64,000 nucleotides of DNA from a virus (taxonomy: Duplodnaviria; Heunggongvirae; Uroviricota; Caudoviricetes), in the IMG/VR virus record IMGVR_UViG_3300031853_000017, positions 2,397 to 66,396 of that record; one strand, given 5' to 3'. Under the pieces are notes generated by a model that was not told the origin of the DNA, did not search any database, and was given only the letters and a program-made list of their open reading frames with translations. Made by a program: the position numbers and the translations under genes. Shown one piece after another: positions 35,799 through 44,265 of this stretch (its first letter is position 1; the number at the start of each line of letters is the position of its first letter).

Positions 35799-37352
35799 AT
35801 GTCATTTTTTACTGAACTTCAAAACAACATTAACGAGATCAACAATTTGCAGCGTACCGAAAATGGCGCTCTTGGTTACAAATCGACCGGCAAGACTATC
35901 CTTGACATGAACTTTGACGTTCCGAAATATCGTCATTCTTCGCCGGAAGAGATTCTCGCCAAGTTTAATCAGGCGCGTTCGGAAAATCCCACGCTTGCTA
36001 TCCTGTGGACATTCTTTGCAAGAGATGTTCGCGGCGGTCTTGGAGAAAGAAGATTGTTCAGAATCCTGTTCCGCGAAATCTGCAATTCTGATACCGAAAC
36101 TGCAAAGAAGGTTATTCCTTTGGTTTCTGAATACGGCAGATGGGACGATTTGATTTATTCTACAATCAATACTCCTGCATGGGAAAAGACCATTGAGGTT
36201 GTCAAGGCGCAGTTGCTTGAAGATACCGATAACGTTAAGGCAAACAAGCCTATTACGTTGCTCGGAAAGTGGCTGCCCAGCGAGAGAACTTCAAGCGTAC
36301 AAACAAGAGAAACCGCGCGGAAGATTGCACACGACATCGGTTTGCCGATTAAGGATTACAACCGTATGCTTGTCGCTTTGCGTAAGTATTCAAATGTCGT
36401 TGAGGTAAAAATGAGCGCAAGAGAATGGGGCGCGATTGATTATTCAGCCGTTCCTTCCTATGCAAACTTGAAGTATAACAGTGCTTTCCTTCGCAACGAC
36501 GAAGAAAGACGTAGAAAGTACCTTGCGGCACTCACAAAGGGCGAAACCAAAATCAATGCTTCTACTGCTTATCCGCACGACATTGTGAGGAAGTACAAGA
36601 TTGGTTGGAGTTATGCCAATCATGCAGACGAAGCGATCGAAGCAATGTGGAAAGCGTTGCCTGACATGGGCGGCTTGGAAAACACAATCGTTGTTGCAGA
36701 TGGTTCCGGCTCAATGTATGGCGGTGGAAATCCTTCGCCGATTGACGTTGCGAATGCCCTTGCGATTTACTGCGCCGAGCATAACAAAGGTGAGTTTTAC
36801 AACAAGTATATCACATTCTCGCGTACCCCGAAGTTTGTTGATTTAAGCAAAGGCAAGACTTTGTTGGATAAACTCAACATTGCAAGTCGCCATAATGAGG
36901 TTGCCAACACGAATATCGAGGCTGTCTTTGACATTATTCTTGATACGGCGATCGAGAGCAAGGCGGCGCAAGAAGATATTCCGAAGTCAATTCTTATCAT
37001 TTCCGATATGGAATTTGATAGTTGCGCGGAATCTAATTCATCATCTCGTCGTGGAACGACAAGTTATTATTCCATGCGCAGTTACAACCGCCCTGATTCA
37101 ACTCTGTTTAAGCAGATTGAGAAGAAGTATGCGGCGGCTGGATATAAAATTCCGCGCGTGGTATTTTGGAATGTTGCTTCAAGAACAAGCACAATCCCAA
37201 TGATTGAAAATGATTTGGGTGTAACGCTTGTCAGCGGTTATTCCGTATCAATCTTCAAGATGATTATGGACGGAGAAACAGACCCATTCCAGAATCTTGT
37301 TAATATGCTGATGTCTGAGAGGTATCAGCCGGTTTACAAGGCAATTCAATAA
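35799..37352 (+). CDS. Ro60/Rsr-like protein (TROVE-like N-terminal region + vWA MIDAS domain)
   Basis: 517 aa; C-terminal MIDAS VVADGSGSM and ILIISDME; overall size and domain order as Ro60/Rsr. Confidence 0.5.
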   Translation: MSFFTELQNNINEINNLQRTENGALGYKSTGKTILDMNFDVPKYRHSSPEEILAKFNQARSENPTLAILWTFFARDVRGGLGERRLFRILFREICNSDTETAKKVIPLVSEYGRWDDLIYSTINTPAWEKTIEVVKAQLLEDTDNVKANKPITLLGKWLPSERTSSVQTRETARKIAHDIGLPIKDYNRMLVALRKYSNVVEVKMSAREWGAIDYSAVPSYANLKYNSAFLRNDEERRRKYLAALTKGETKINASTAYPHDIVRKYKIGWSYANHADEAIEAMWKALPDMGGLENTIVVADGSGSMYGGGNPSPIDVANALAIYCAEHNKGEFYNKYITFSRTPKFVDLSKGKTLLDKLNIASRHNEVANTNIEAVFDIILDTAIESKAAQEDIPKSILIISDMEFDSCAESNSSSRRGTTSYYSMRSYNRPDSTLFKQIEKKYAAAGYKIPRVVFWNVASRTSTIPMIENDLGVTLVSGYSVSIFKMIMDGETDPFQNLVNMLMSERYQPVYKAIQ

Positions 37353-37395
37353 GGTAGCAACTGTATAGCTTGACGGCGGGAAAGACCGCAAATAT

Positions 37396-37514
37396 AAGGG
37401 TGTAGTCTAATGATAGGACACTGGTGATAAATGACGTGTCATGGCGCGGCACAAACAGCAATCAACTATTATCGACCCAAACCAGAAATGTAGGTTCAAA
37501 TCCTGCCGCCCTTG
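37396..37514 (+). ncRNA. tRNA-like element A with ~50-nt insertion (motif ACAGCAATCAAC)
   Basis: Acceptor AAGGGTG/CGCCCTT, D-arm, T-arm GTAGGTTCAAATCCTGC. Confidence 0.35.
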
Positions 37515-37521
37515 TCAATAT

Positions 37522-37648
37522 TGGGATGTAGCTCAGTTGGTTAGAGCAACGTAAAAATACAAAAGGTGTTTTGTAAAAGCACTTGCAGCAATTTTAACGT
37601 AAAGCATGTTAAGCCGTAGGTCGCAGGTTCGAGTCCTGCCATCCCAGC
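37522..37648 (+). ncRNA. tRNA-like element B: Ala/Val-type acceptor+D-arm, ~55-nt insertion replacing anticodon loop
   Basis: TGGGATGTAGCTCAGTTGGTTAGAGC...; 10-bp helix ACGTAAAAAT/ATTTTAACGT encloses ACAAAAGGTGTTTTGT hairpin and CTTGCAGCAATTTTA; T-arm GCAGGTTCGAGTCCTGC. Confidence 0.4.
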
Positions 37649-37653
37649 CTATA

Positions 37654-37758
37654 TGCGGGTGTAGCTCAGTTGGTAGAGCGTATAAATATAATGTTTTGCG
37701 AAAACATTAACAGCAATTTTATTATAATGTCAGCAGTTTAAATCTGTTCGCCCGCACC
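37654..37758 (+). ncRNA. tRNA-like element C with 29-36-nt insertion in anticodon region
   Basis: GCGGGTGTAGCTCAGTTGGTAGAGC; stem TATAA/TTATA; insert AATGTTTTGCGAAAACATT hairpin + AACAGCAATTTTA; T-arm AGCAGTTTAAATCTGTT; acceptor CGCCCGC. Confidence 0.4.
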
Positions 37759-37759
37759 G

Positions 37760-37935
37760 TTTTCATACGCTAACAGCAACCATTATTTACATCAGACCAT
37801 GTATGCCTGAACCGTGAATTTTTAGCGTATGGTTTATATAAGACACACGCAGCAATTTTACATACGGATAATAATTAAAACTGCAAACTTTAATTTAGGT
37901 GGTTCAAATCCACCAAACTTAGTGTCTTGAATACA
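37760..37935 (+). ncRNA. repeat units with ACAGCAA...TTTAC motifs and a T-arm-like GGTGGTTCAAATCCACC
   Basis: CATACGCTAA...TTAGCGTATG 10-bp inverted repeat around motif; second motif CACGCAGCAATTTTACATAC. Confidence 0.25.
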
Positions 37936-37945
37936 ATTACATATG

Positions 37946-38077
37946 GGTGGCGTAGCTCAGTTGGTAGAGCGGTTTTACTTTTCTATTCCCGTGTCTTAGA
38001 GAGTCACGCACAGCAACTTTACAGAATTATGCTTTAGGAGCAGCGTGTCGCAGGTTCAAGTCCTGTCGTCACCCCCC
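37946..38077 (+). ncRNA. tRNA-like element E with ~60-nt insertion (motif CACAGCAACTTTAC)
   Basis: GGTGGCGTAGCTCAGTTGGTAGAGC ... T-arm GCAGGTTCAAGTCCTGT, acceptor CGTCACC. Confidence 0.4.
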
Positions 38078-38178
38078 AACATCTTGCGCAAACAGCAATT
38101 TTACATTTACATCAAACTTTTAATTTGACACGTAGGTAAGCGTAAGGAAAAAATATTACAGTAAATATAAAAAACTTA

Positions 38179-38207
38179 TTGACAAACTCAAAGGTTTGTG
38201 ATATAAT
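38179..38207 (+). promoter_or_regulatory. sigma70-like promoter
   Basis: TTGACA-17-TATAAT. Confidence 0.55.
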
Positions 38208-38285
38208 AAGATTGTCAATTAAGGAAAGCCGCTTTTCAGCGGAAAAACTTAAAGCAAAGAACAGTAAACATAAAAAAGTTAATAT

Positions 38286-38362
38286 GTGGGTGTGACGGAA
38301 TTGGCATACGTCCTTGTCTTAGAAACAAGTTTTTGTGGGTTCAAGTCCCACCGCCCATACCA
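38286..38362 (+). tRNA. tRNA with anticodon TAG (Leu by anticodon) but short variable arm
   Basis: Acceptor GTGGGTG/CGCCCAT, anticodon arm CTTGT-CTTAGAA-ACAAG, CCA. Confidence 0.55.
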
Positions 38363-38372
38363 AGAGGTAGAA

Positions 38373-38660
38373 ATGAAAAGATTGAGTATTCTAATTGGAA
38401 TTTCGTGTATCTCTATTACAGTTTTTGCTGTTATGAGAACAATTCTTATTTCTGTAAGAGGAACGGTAACTTTCGGCGGAGAAGCATTGATTCTTATTAT
38501 TCCGCTTTTGGTTTGGTTGGTTTTTAAGAATATTGATTTAACCAAAGAGGAAATGAAAGACGCTGAACTTTCAAAAGAAGCAGAAAACGCAAGTCGCATT
38601 AAAGTTGAAGATTGCGGCGGAGCGGTTCAAATTACTGATATTCACGTTATTGATAAATAG
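38373..38660 (+). CDS. small membrane protein
   Basis: AAGAGGTAG SD + ATG; two TM helices. Confidence 0.45.
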   Translation: MKRLSILIGISCISITVFAVMRTILISVRGTVTFGGEALILIIPLLVWLVFKNIDLTKEEMKDAELSKEAENASRIKVEDCGGAVQITDIHVIDK

Positions 38661-38730
38661 ATTCACCTCCTTTCTTAATGTGTAGTGACAAATCGGATAG
38701 ACGGTTGACAGCCGGGCAGACGGCATAAAT

Positions 38731-38807
38731 GGTCGTATATCCCAATAGGCAGAGGAAGCGGACTTAAAATCCGCACAGTGTCGGTTCGAGTCCGACTACG
38801 ACTACCA
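38731..38807 (+). tRNA. tRNA with anticodon TAA (Leu by anticodon), short variable arm
   Basis: Acceptor GGTCGTA/TACGACT, arm GCGGA-CTTAAAA-TCCGC, CCA. Confidence 0.55.
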
Positions 38808-38815
38808 CAATAAAT

Positions 38816-38893
38816 GTTGTGATAGGCTCAATAGGTTAGAGCTTTCGCCTTATAAGCGAAGGGCTGGTGGTTCGAGTCCACCTCACAACACCA
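38816..38893 (+). tRNA. tRNA-Ile(TAT)-like
   Basis: Acceptor GTTGTGA/TCACAAC, D-arm GCTCAATAGGTTAGAGC, arm TTCGC-CTTATAA-GCGAA, CCA. Confidence 0.5.
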
Positions 38894-38959
38894 TTATCCA
38901 AATTTATCCTATTCAAATCCTAATTAAAGGTTGACCGCCGAGAATAGTTCGGCACATAT

Positions 38960-39035
38960 GCTCCGATAGTACAGCAGGTTAGTACGCTCGGCTGATAATC
39001 GAGTAACTATGGTTCAAATCCATATCGGAGTACCA
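38960..39035 (+). tRNA. tRNA-Ile(GAT)
   Basis: Acceptor GCTCCGA/TCGGAGT, D-arm GTACAGCAGGTTAGTAC, loop CTGATAA, CCA. Confidence 0.65.
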
Positions 39036-39201
39036 TATAACAATAAAAAGGTTTTGATAAATAATATCAGGTTATTGCAATGATGTATGTATTATTTGTG
39101 GCAAGAGATTAACTCGTCGTCACAAAACACCTTATTGCCGATTTCATTATGATATACAACGAAAAGAAGAAAAGATAAAGAAATGGTTAGAAACAGGTGA
39201 T

Positions 39202-39537
39202 ATGGGATTGGGCGCAGATACTACCGTTCGCGGTACTATTAGAGAATACATACTAAATGAGCAAGGTGGAAAATGTGCTATTTGTGGTATTTCAAATATG
39301 TGGAACAATAAACCTTTGGCATTTATATTAGACCATATAGATGGTAATGCCGCAAATTCAGCAAGAGAAAACGTAAGACTTGTATGCCCAAACTGTGATA
39401 GTCAATTAGATACATATAAATCTAAAAATAAACATTCAGCACGTTCTGGAAGAAAAAAGTATCTAAAAGAAGTAAGAAATGAAAAAATGGCTGGTGAAGC
39501 AGACAAGCGTGCTGCAACCGACTTGAAATCGGATTGA
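39202..39537 (+). CDS. HNH homing endonuclease (conserved zinc-finger-like N-terminal extension encoded in frame upstream from 39061 without canonical start)
   Basis: LDHIDGNAANSARENVRLVCPNCDSQ HNH motif; upstream in-frame CNDVCIICGKRL... Confidence 0.6.
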   Translation: MGLGADTTVRGTIREYILNEQGGKCAICGISNMWNNKPLAFILDHIDGNAANSARENVRLVCPNCDSQLDTYKSKNKHSARSGRKKYLKEVRNEKMAGEADKRAATDLKSD

Positions 39538-39544
39538 CCCGCAA

Positions 39545-39577
39545 GGGTTGGGGTGCAAGTCCTCCGCCAGTCGCCAA
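39545..39577 (+). ncRNA. tRNA-like 3' fragment (T-arm-like + CCA) overlapping the end of HNH gene
   Basis: GGGTTGGGGTGCAAGTCCTCCGCCAGTCGCCA. Confidence 0.2.
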
Positions 39578-40116
39578 AATTGAATGTTGTTCGCTGCGAA
39601 AATAGGCGGGGCAAATTAAAAAGGTTATGAGCGTAAGAAATTACGTCCGCAAAGTCCTCGTTAGCGGGATGCGTGGGTACTGCACCTATGCTGATGGTAC
39701 TCGGCAACATCTGAAATCAATGAGAAGTCATTAATCTGTTCAGGTTGAAATGATATATACCTGTTCGGTACTGAAACCTATCAGGCATTGGTTTTGGCGT
39801 TATAGCCCTACCGATACGTTAAATCGGGGAATCACAAACAGAGGGATAATTAGATTGTAGCCAAATTAAGGTCAATTAGCGAAAGCGAGTAATTCAATCA
39901 ATCCATTACAAGCGGTTGTGCGCTTGGTTCGGGCTATGGATTTAGATAGGGGAGATTGATTGCGGTGAAGTTAATATCGTGCCGGCGGAGTCGGTTAAAG
40001 TTATTACTTGATAATTCCGAGGCGGGGAACGTGGTTAAAGAAGGCAATGCAAACCAACCAACGGTGTTTAGGCATTGAGTAGGAGCTATCCCATCGGCGC
40101 GGTATTAACAACATTT

Positions 40117-40201
40117 GCTGGTGTGTCGGAATAGGCAGACGAGGCAGACTCAAAATCTGTTGCCGAAAGGCGTGTGGGTTCAAGTCCCACCACCAGCACC
40201 A
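40117..40201 (+). tRNA. tRNA-Leu(CAA), class II
   Basis: Acceptor GCTGGTG/CACCAGC, loop CTCAAAA, long variable arm TGCCGAAAGGCGT, CCA. Confidence 0.7.
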
Positions 40202-40221
40202 AAGAAAAGGAGTTTTTGAAA

Positions 40222-40488
40222 TTGACAGCTAAAACCAGACGAGAATCAAATAAAAAAGTTGAGCGCGAGAAAAGATACGCACAAGTTATGAGCATATTGA
40301 AAGGTCGTATAATGACGGCAAAAGAAGTTGCTATAGAAATGAATTTGCGTGGATTTGCGCCAACATCTGAACGTAATTTTGCCGCGCCAAGACTTACTGA
40401 GTTAGTTGATCGCGGGATAGTTGAAGTTGTTGGAAAACGAAAATGCCAATATTCAAATAAAATGGTGGCTATGTATAAATTAGTTTAG
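40222..40488 (+). CDS. putative winged-helix DNA-binding protein (TTG start)
   Basis: AAGGAG SD then TTG. Confidence 0.4.
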   Translation: MTAKTRRESNKKVEREKRYAQVMSILKGRIMTAKEVAIEMNLRGFAPTSERNFAAPRLTELVDRGIVEVVGKRKCQYSNKMVAMYKLV

Positions 40489-40690
40489 TTTATTCCTCGC
40501 AGTAAGAGTTTGCGGAATGCTCAAACTGCTTTCGTATAAAATGTTGTTTGTGTTGTTGTGGTTAAAATTCGTTGTTGTTGACATTCCAAAATTATTCCGA
40601 CAAAGGGCATTGAGCAGAGCCTATGTGGTGGTGATAACTCTATTCCACCTATCAAGTGTGGCGGTCACTTATACAAAAACCGCTAAATAT

Positions 40691-40765
40691 TGCGGGATAG
40701 AGCAGCGGTAGCTCGTTAGCCTCATAAGCTAAAGGTCGTAGGTTCGATTCCTACTCCCGCAACCA
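40691..40765 (+). tRNA. tRNA-Met(CAT)
   Basis: Acceptor TGCGGGA/TCCCGCA, D-arm GAGCAGCGGTAGCTC, loop CTCATAA, CCA. Confidence 0.7.
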
Positions 40766-40768
40766 TAT

Positions 40769-40844
40769 CTGGGTGTAAGTCAATGGTAGACGGCTTGATT
40801 TGGGGTCAAGTAGTTTGGGGGTTCAAGTCCCTTCACTCAGACCA
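40769..40844 (+). tRNA. tRNA-Pro(TGG)
   Basis: Acceptor CTGGGTG/CACTCAG, arm CTTGA-TTTGGGG-TCAAG, CCA. Confidence 0.6.
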
Positions 40845-40863
40845 TCTCAAATGAGAATATTTT

Positions 40864-41724
40864 TTGACGGGAGAATACATAGTGAGTAAGAAGCGAAGCG
40901 AATTTGATAAACGGATGAAAAAATACGAATATGTTAGCCGGACATATTTGACAACACGAACGCCCGTAATTATTAGAATTGACGGCAAATGCTTTCATTC
41001 CTTTACTCGCGGATTTAAGAAACCATTTGATGAAATTCTTTCCGGCACAATGCAAGAAACAATGAAATATCTTTGCGAGAACATCCAGGGCTGCGTTCTC
41101 GGCTACACACAGTCGGACGAAATCACATTGATTTTGGTTGATTATAAAGATATTGATACTTGTGCTTGGTTTGATTACAACATTCAGAAATGCGCAAGTG
41201 TTGCCGCGAGTATGGCTACTATGGCTTTTAACACATTATTCAAGGAAATAAATGATGATTGGTGGTTTGGTTTAACGAATAAATGGGTCGAGTCAGGAAT
41301 GACTAAAAATACATTTATTCCAGAGCCAGATATAGAACTATATAACAAGCATAGTTTAGCTATAAATCAAAAAGGCGCAATGTTTGATGCTCGTGTTTTC
41401 AACATTCCTAAAGAGGAAGTATGCAACAACATTTTATGGCGACAACAAGACGCAACCCGAAATTCAATTCAAATGGTGGGTCATGCAAATTTTTCTGATA
41501 AGCAAATGCACGGCAAAAACACAAGCCAAATTCAGGATATGCTTATGTTTGAAAAAGGCATTAACTGGAATGATTTCCCGACAAAATATAAGCGCGGAAG
41601 TTGTTGCGTCCGTAAAGTGAATGAACAGACCGGCAGAAGTGAATGGGTTATCGACAATGAAATCCCGATATTTAAGGGCGAGGGAAGAAAATATATTGAT
41701 AATCTCGTTTTTGTCGGCGATTAA
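40864..41724 (+). CDS. Thg1-like tRNA-His guanylyltransferase / 3'-5' polymerase (TLP)
   Basis: KYEYVSRTY...IIRIDGKCFHSF...GYTQSDEITLIL colinear with Thg1 N-terminal catalytic region. Confidence 0.7.
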   Translation: MTGEYIVSKKRSEFDKRMKKYEYVSRTYLTTRTPVIIRIDGKCFHSFTRGFKKPFDEILSGTMQETMKYLCENIQGCVLGYTQSDEITLILVDYKDIDTCAWFDYNIQKCASVAASMATMAFNTLFKEINDDWWFGLTNKWVESGMTKNTFIPEPDIELYNKHSLAINQKGAMFDARVFNIPKEEVCNNILWRQQDATRNSIQMVGHANFSDKQMHGKNTSQIQDMLMFEKGINWNDFPTKYKRGSCCVRKVNEQTGRSEWVIDNEIPIFKGEGRKYIDNLVFVGD

Positions 41725-41833
41725 AAACCTATAGACAAAATATGACAATAATTAGCGAAAAAAACATATAAAAATACGCTAAAAAGACAATAAATAACAA
41801 TAAAAATGACAATAAAAAAGGAGAATTTTATTT

Positions 41834-42475
41834 ATGACTAACAAATTTGATTGTGAACCAAAAATTTATCCAAACGGCTTTGTGAAATTTAGCCTTATGC
41901 CCTCTCCGATGACGGAAAAATCTACACTTACAGCTTCTACAAGTGTTATAAGCGAAATAATGAATAAAGTAGATGAACTTAAATGTGAGAAACCATATAA
42001 CAAAATGTTCGTCAACTCCAATTCAATTGTGTTTGATTTTGTTCGTCCTGGTTATTTAGGACAGACACGCGAAGTTATCCCCCGAATCACAGACGTTAAG
42101 ACATACGATGATAAGGTTGTTAAGGTTTTGTTTGCCGACGGCACTTACGAAAAGGCGGTTCTCAGCGAAAACGATACATTCTCACTCGAACAGGGCGTTT
42201 CAATCTGTTTGACAAAGAAACTGCTTTCAAAGATTGTCGGCAGCGATTTCAGCGGCTCGGTGTATAACAAGATTGTCGATTACGCTCTGGGCGTTTATGA
42301 CGACAAGGTAAAGGCTGCGAAGGAAGCAAAAGAAAAGGCGGAAAAAGAAAAGGCTGCGGCAAAAGAGAAAGCAGAAAAAATCAAGGCAATAAGAGCAAAA
42401 CGCAAGGCACAGCTACGCGAGGAACAAATCGAAATTCAGGCAGAAGCGTATCGCCGCGCTATGCAAAAAGACTAA
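41834..42475 (+). CDS. hypothetical protein with K/E/A-rich tail
   Basis: AAAGGAG SD. Confidence 0.55.
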   Translation: MTNKFDCEPKIYPNGFVKFSLMPSPMTEKSTLTASTSVISEIMNKVDELKCEKPYNKMFVNSNSIVFDFVRPGYLGQTREVIPRITDVKTYDDKVVKVLFADGTYEKAVLSENDTFSLEQGVSICLTKKLLSKIVGSDFSGSVYNKIVDYALGVYDDKVKAAKEAKEKAEKEKAAAKEKAEKIKAIRAKRKAQLREEQIEIQAEAYRRAMQKD

Positions 42476-42617
42476 GCGTTAGGGGGTGCTTTATGTACCC
42501 CCTTTATTTTGTTGGTGAAAAGAATGAATGATACATTTTTATGGTTTTTGATTATTCCGGCGCTAATTTATGTCGTTTGGGCTTTGTTATCAGATGATTC
42601 AGAAAGCGAGGATAACA

Positions 42618-43385
42618 ATGATTTGGATAACGGGTGACTGTCATGCAGAATTTAATAGATTCAGCACAAAGAGATTTCCCGCGCAAAAGGAAATGACAAA
42701 AGATGATTTCGTCATTATCTGCGGAGATTTCGCCGGAATTTGGGATTATAAAATATCAAGTAATGAGGAACGATATTGGCTTGATTGGCTAAACGAAAAA
42801 CCATTTACAATTTTATTTGTTGACGGCAATCACGAAAATCACGAAAGACTCAAGCATTTTCTGCGAGTAAAATTTCATGGCGGTATGGCACATAGAATCC
42901 GCCCAAATATTTATCACTTAATGCGTGGTTATGTTTTTGAATTTGAAGGTAAGAAATTCTTTACTTTTGGCGGCGCTCAAAGCCACGATATTCAAGACGG
43001 AATATTATATATAAAAGATTATGAAAGTCTTACCGCAACGGTTGATGATTACAATAAGAGAACACGCAAAGGACAAATGCTGCGGATTGACGGTATTTCT
43101 TGGTGGAAAGATGAATTACCAACTGCGGCAGAAATGAAGCGCGGAATCGCTAATCTCGAAAAGGTAAACTGGAAGGTCGATTATGTAATTACGCATTGTC
43201 CGCCGAGAGAAGTTTGTAAATGGTTTGGATATTATTCTACTGATAAATTGATTGATTATTTTGATGAATTGCTTGATAAAGGATTGAAATTTAAGCAATT
43301 TTGGTCGGGACACTTACACAAGAACCAATACAACATATACGGTAAATACAATGTTTTATTTGAGGATATTGTGAGGTTGTTGTAA
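42618..43385 (+). CDS. calcineurin-like metallophosphoesterase
   Basis: ITGDCH, ICGDFAG, VDGNHENHE motifs. Confidence 0.65.
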   Translation: MIWITGDCHAEFNRFSTKRFPAQKEMTKDDFVIICGDFAGIWDYKISSNEERYWLDWLNEKPFTILFVDGNHENHERLKHFLRVKFHGGMAHRIRPNIYHLMRGYVFEFEGKKFFTFGGAQSHDIQDGILYIKDYESLTATVDDYNKRTRKGQMLRIDGISWWKDELPTAAEMKRGIANLEKVNWKVDYVITHCPPREVCKWFGYYSTDKLIDYFDELLDKGLKFKQFWSGHLHKNQYNIYGKYNVLFEDIVRLL

Positions 43386-43642
43386 TGTGGTTAATGTGGT
43401 TAATGATGAAAAATACATTAGGAGATGAATTGATGTATAATTCAAACTCAGTACGCAATAACGAGAATGTGATTATTGTTGGCAATAAGGGTGTTTTCAT
43501 AAACGGTAAAGAATATCCTTTGCCGGACGGGAAAAGCACAAACAGCACAATCATAGACAATCATGTTTTTGTTAATGGATATGAATTGAAAAACGGAAAA
43601 TGGAAGAAAACACTGAGGGCAATCTTCCACAAGTATTTTTGA
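43385..43642 (+). CDS. hypothetical protein
   Basis: ORF. Confidence 0.45.
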   Translation: MWLMWLMMKNTLGDELMYNSNSVRNNENVIIVGNKGVFINGKEYPLPDGKSTNSTIIDNHVFVNGYELKNGKWKKTLRAIFHKYF

Positions 43643-43673
43643 TGTTTGGAAGCAGATAAAAGAGGGCTGTAAA

Positions 43674-43985
43674 ATGTTTCATACGTTAAATAAAGCTTGG
43701 GCAACTATTTTAGTTAAACAATCGTTAGAAAACAAAAACAAAATGTTTTTATTTGTATGTGATAAGAATAACTCAGAAGCAATCATGATTACCGATTTAT
43801 TGGAACAATATTCTGCAAGTGGAATATATATGACGAATTATACGCTTGCTCAATTTTTCAAAGATATAAACTCAAATGGGAATGATAGATTTCCTATGTT
43901 TGATGATATTTTGGTATCAAAGAATATTCACGATTGTATGCTACTTGATTTTTTGAGTAAACATTGCAAAAGGAGGTGTTGTTAG
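43674..43985 (+). CDS. hypothetical protein
   Basis: ORF. Confidence 0.5.
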   Translation: MFHTLNKAWATILVKQSLENKNKMFLFVCDKNNSEAIMITDLLEQYSASGIYMTNYTLAQFFKDINSNGNDRFPMFDDILVSKNIHDCMLLDFLSKHCKRRCC

Positions 43986-44254
43986 TGAATAATAGACCGG
44001 AAGATATTTTATGGTCGCTTGAAATGATTAAAAGAGCCGCGAATAGTCCGAATGGCTGTACAATCAAGCATACAGGCGGATTTATTGCCGACGGACAAAT
44101 TGATGACTTAATCGAGCTAATCAGCGATTGTATTAAAATGAAGGAACAATATAAAGCCCAATCTGGCGGTTCAGAGCCAAGTGAAAAAGAAATCAAGAAA
44201 CTGAAAATATTTAATGAATATTGGAGTGGCAAAAGCATGAAAAAGAATGAATAA
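43985..44254 (+). CDS. hypothetical protein (GTG start)
   Basis: AAAGGAGGTG SD. Confidence 0.45.
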   Translation: MNNRPEDILWSLEMIKRAANSPNGCTIKHTGGFIADGQIDDLIELISDCIKMKEQYKAQSGGSEPSEKEIKKLKIFNEYWSGKSMKKNE

Positions 44255-44265
44255 GGAGGGATTAT

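Noticed and set aside
35387-37203. Short + strand ORFs inside the tRNA island and alternative frames inside the Ro60-like gene (35387-35671, 35716-35910, 35914-36153, 36193-36408, 36601-36846, 36880-37203)
   Set aside because: These overlap tRNA genes or the longer 35799-37352 ORF and have no SD.
37380-38135. CRISPR array explanation for the repeated tRNA-like units
   Set aside because: Repeat units are ~100-130 nt, tRNA-shaped (acceptor/D/T arms), irregularly spaced, and not separated by unique spacers of constant length.
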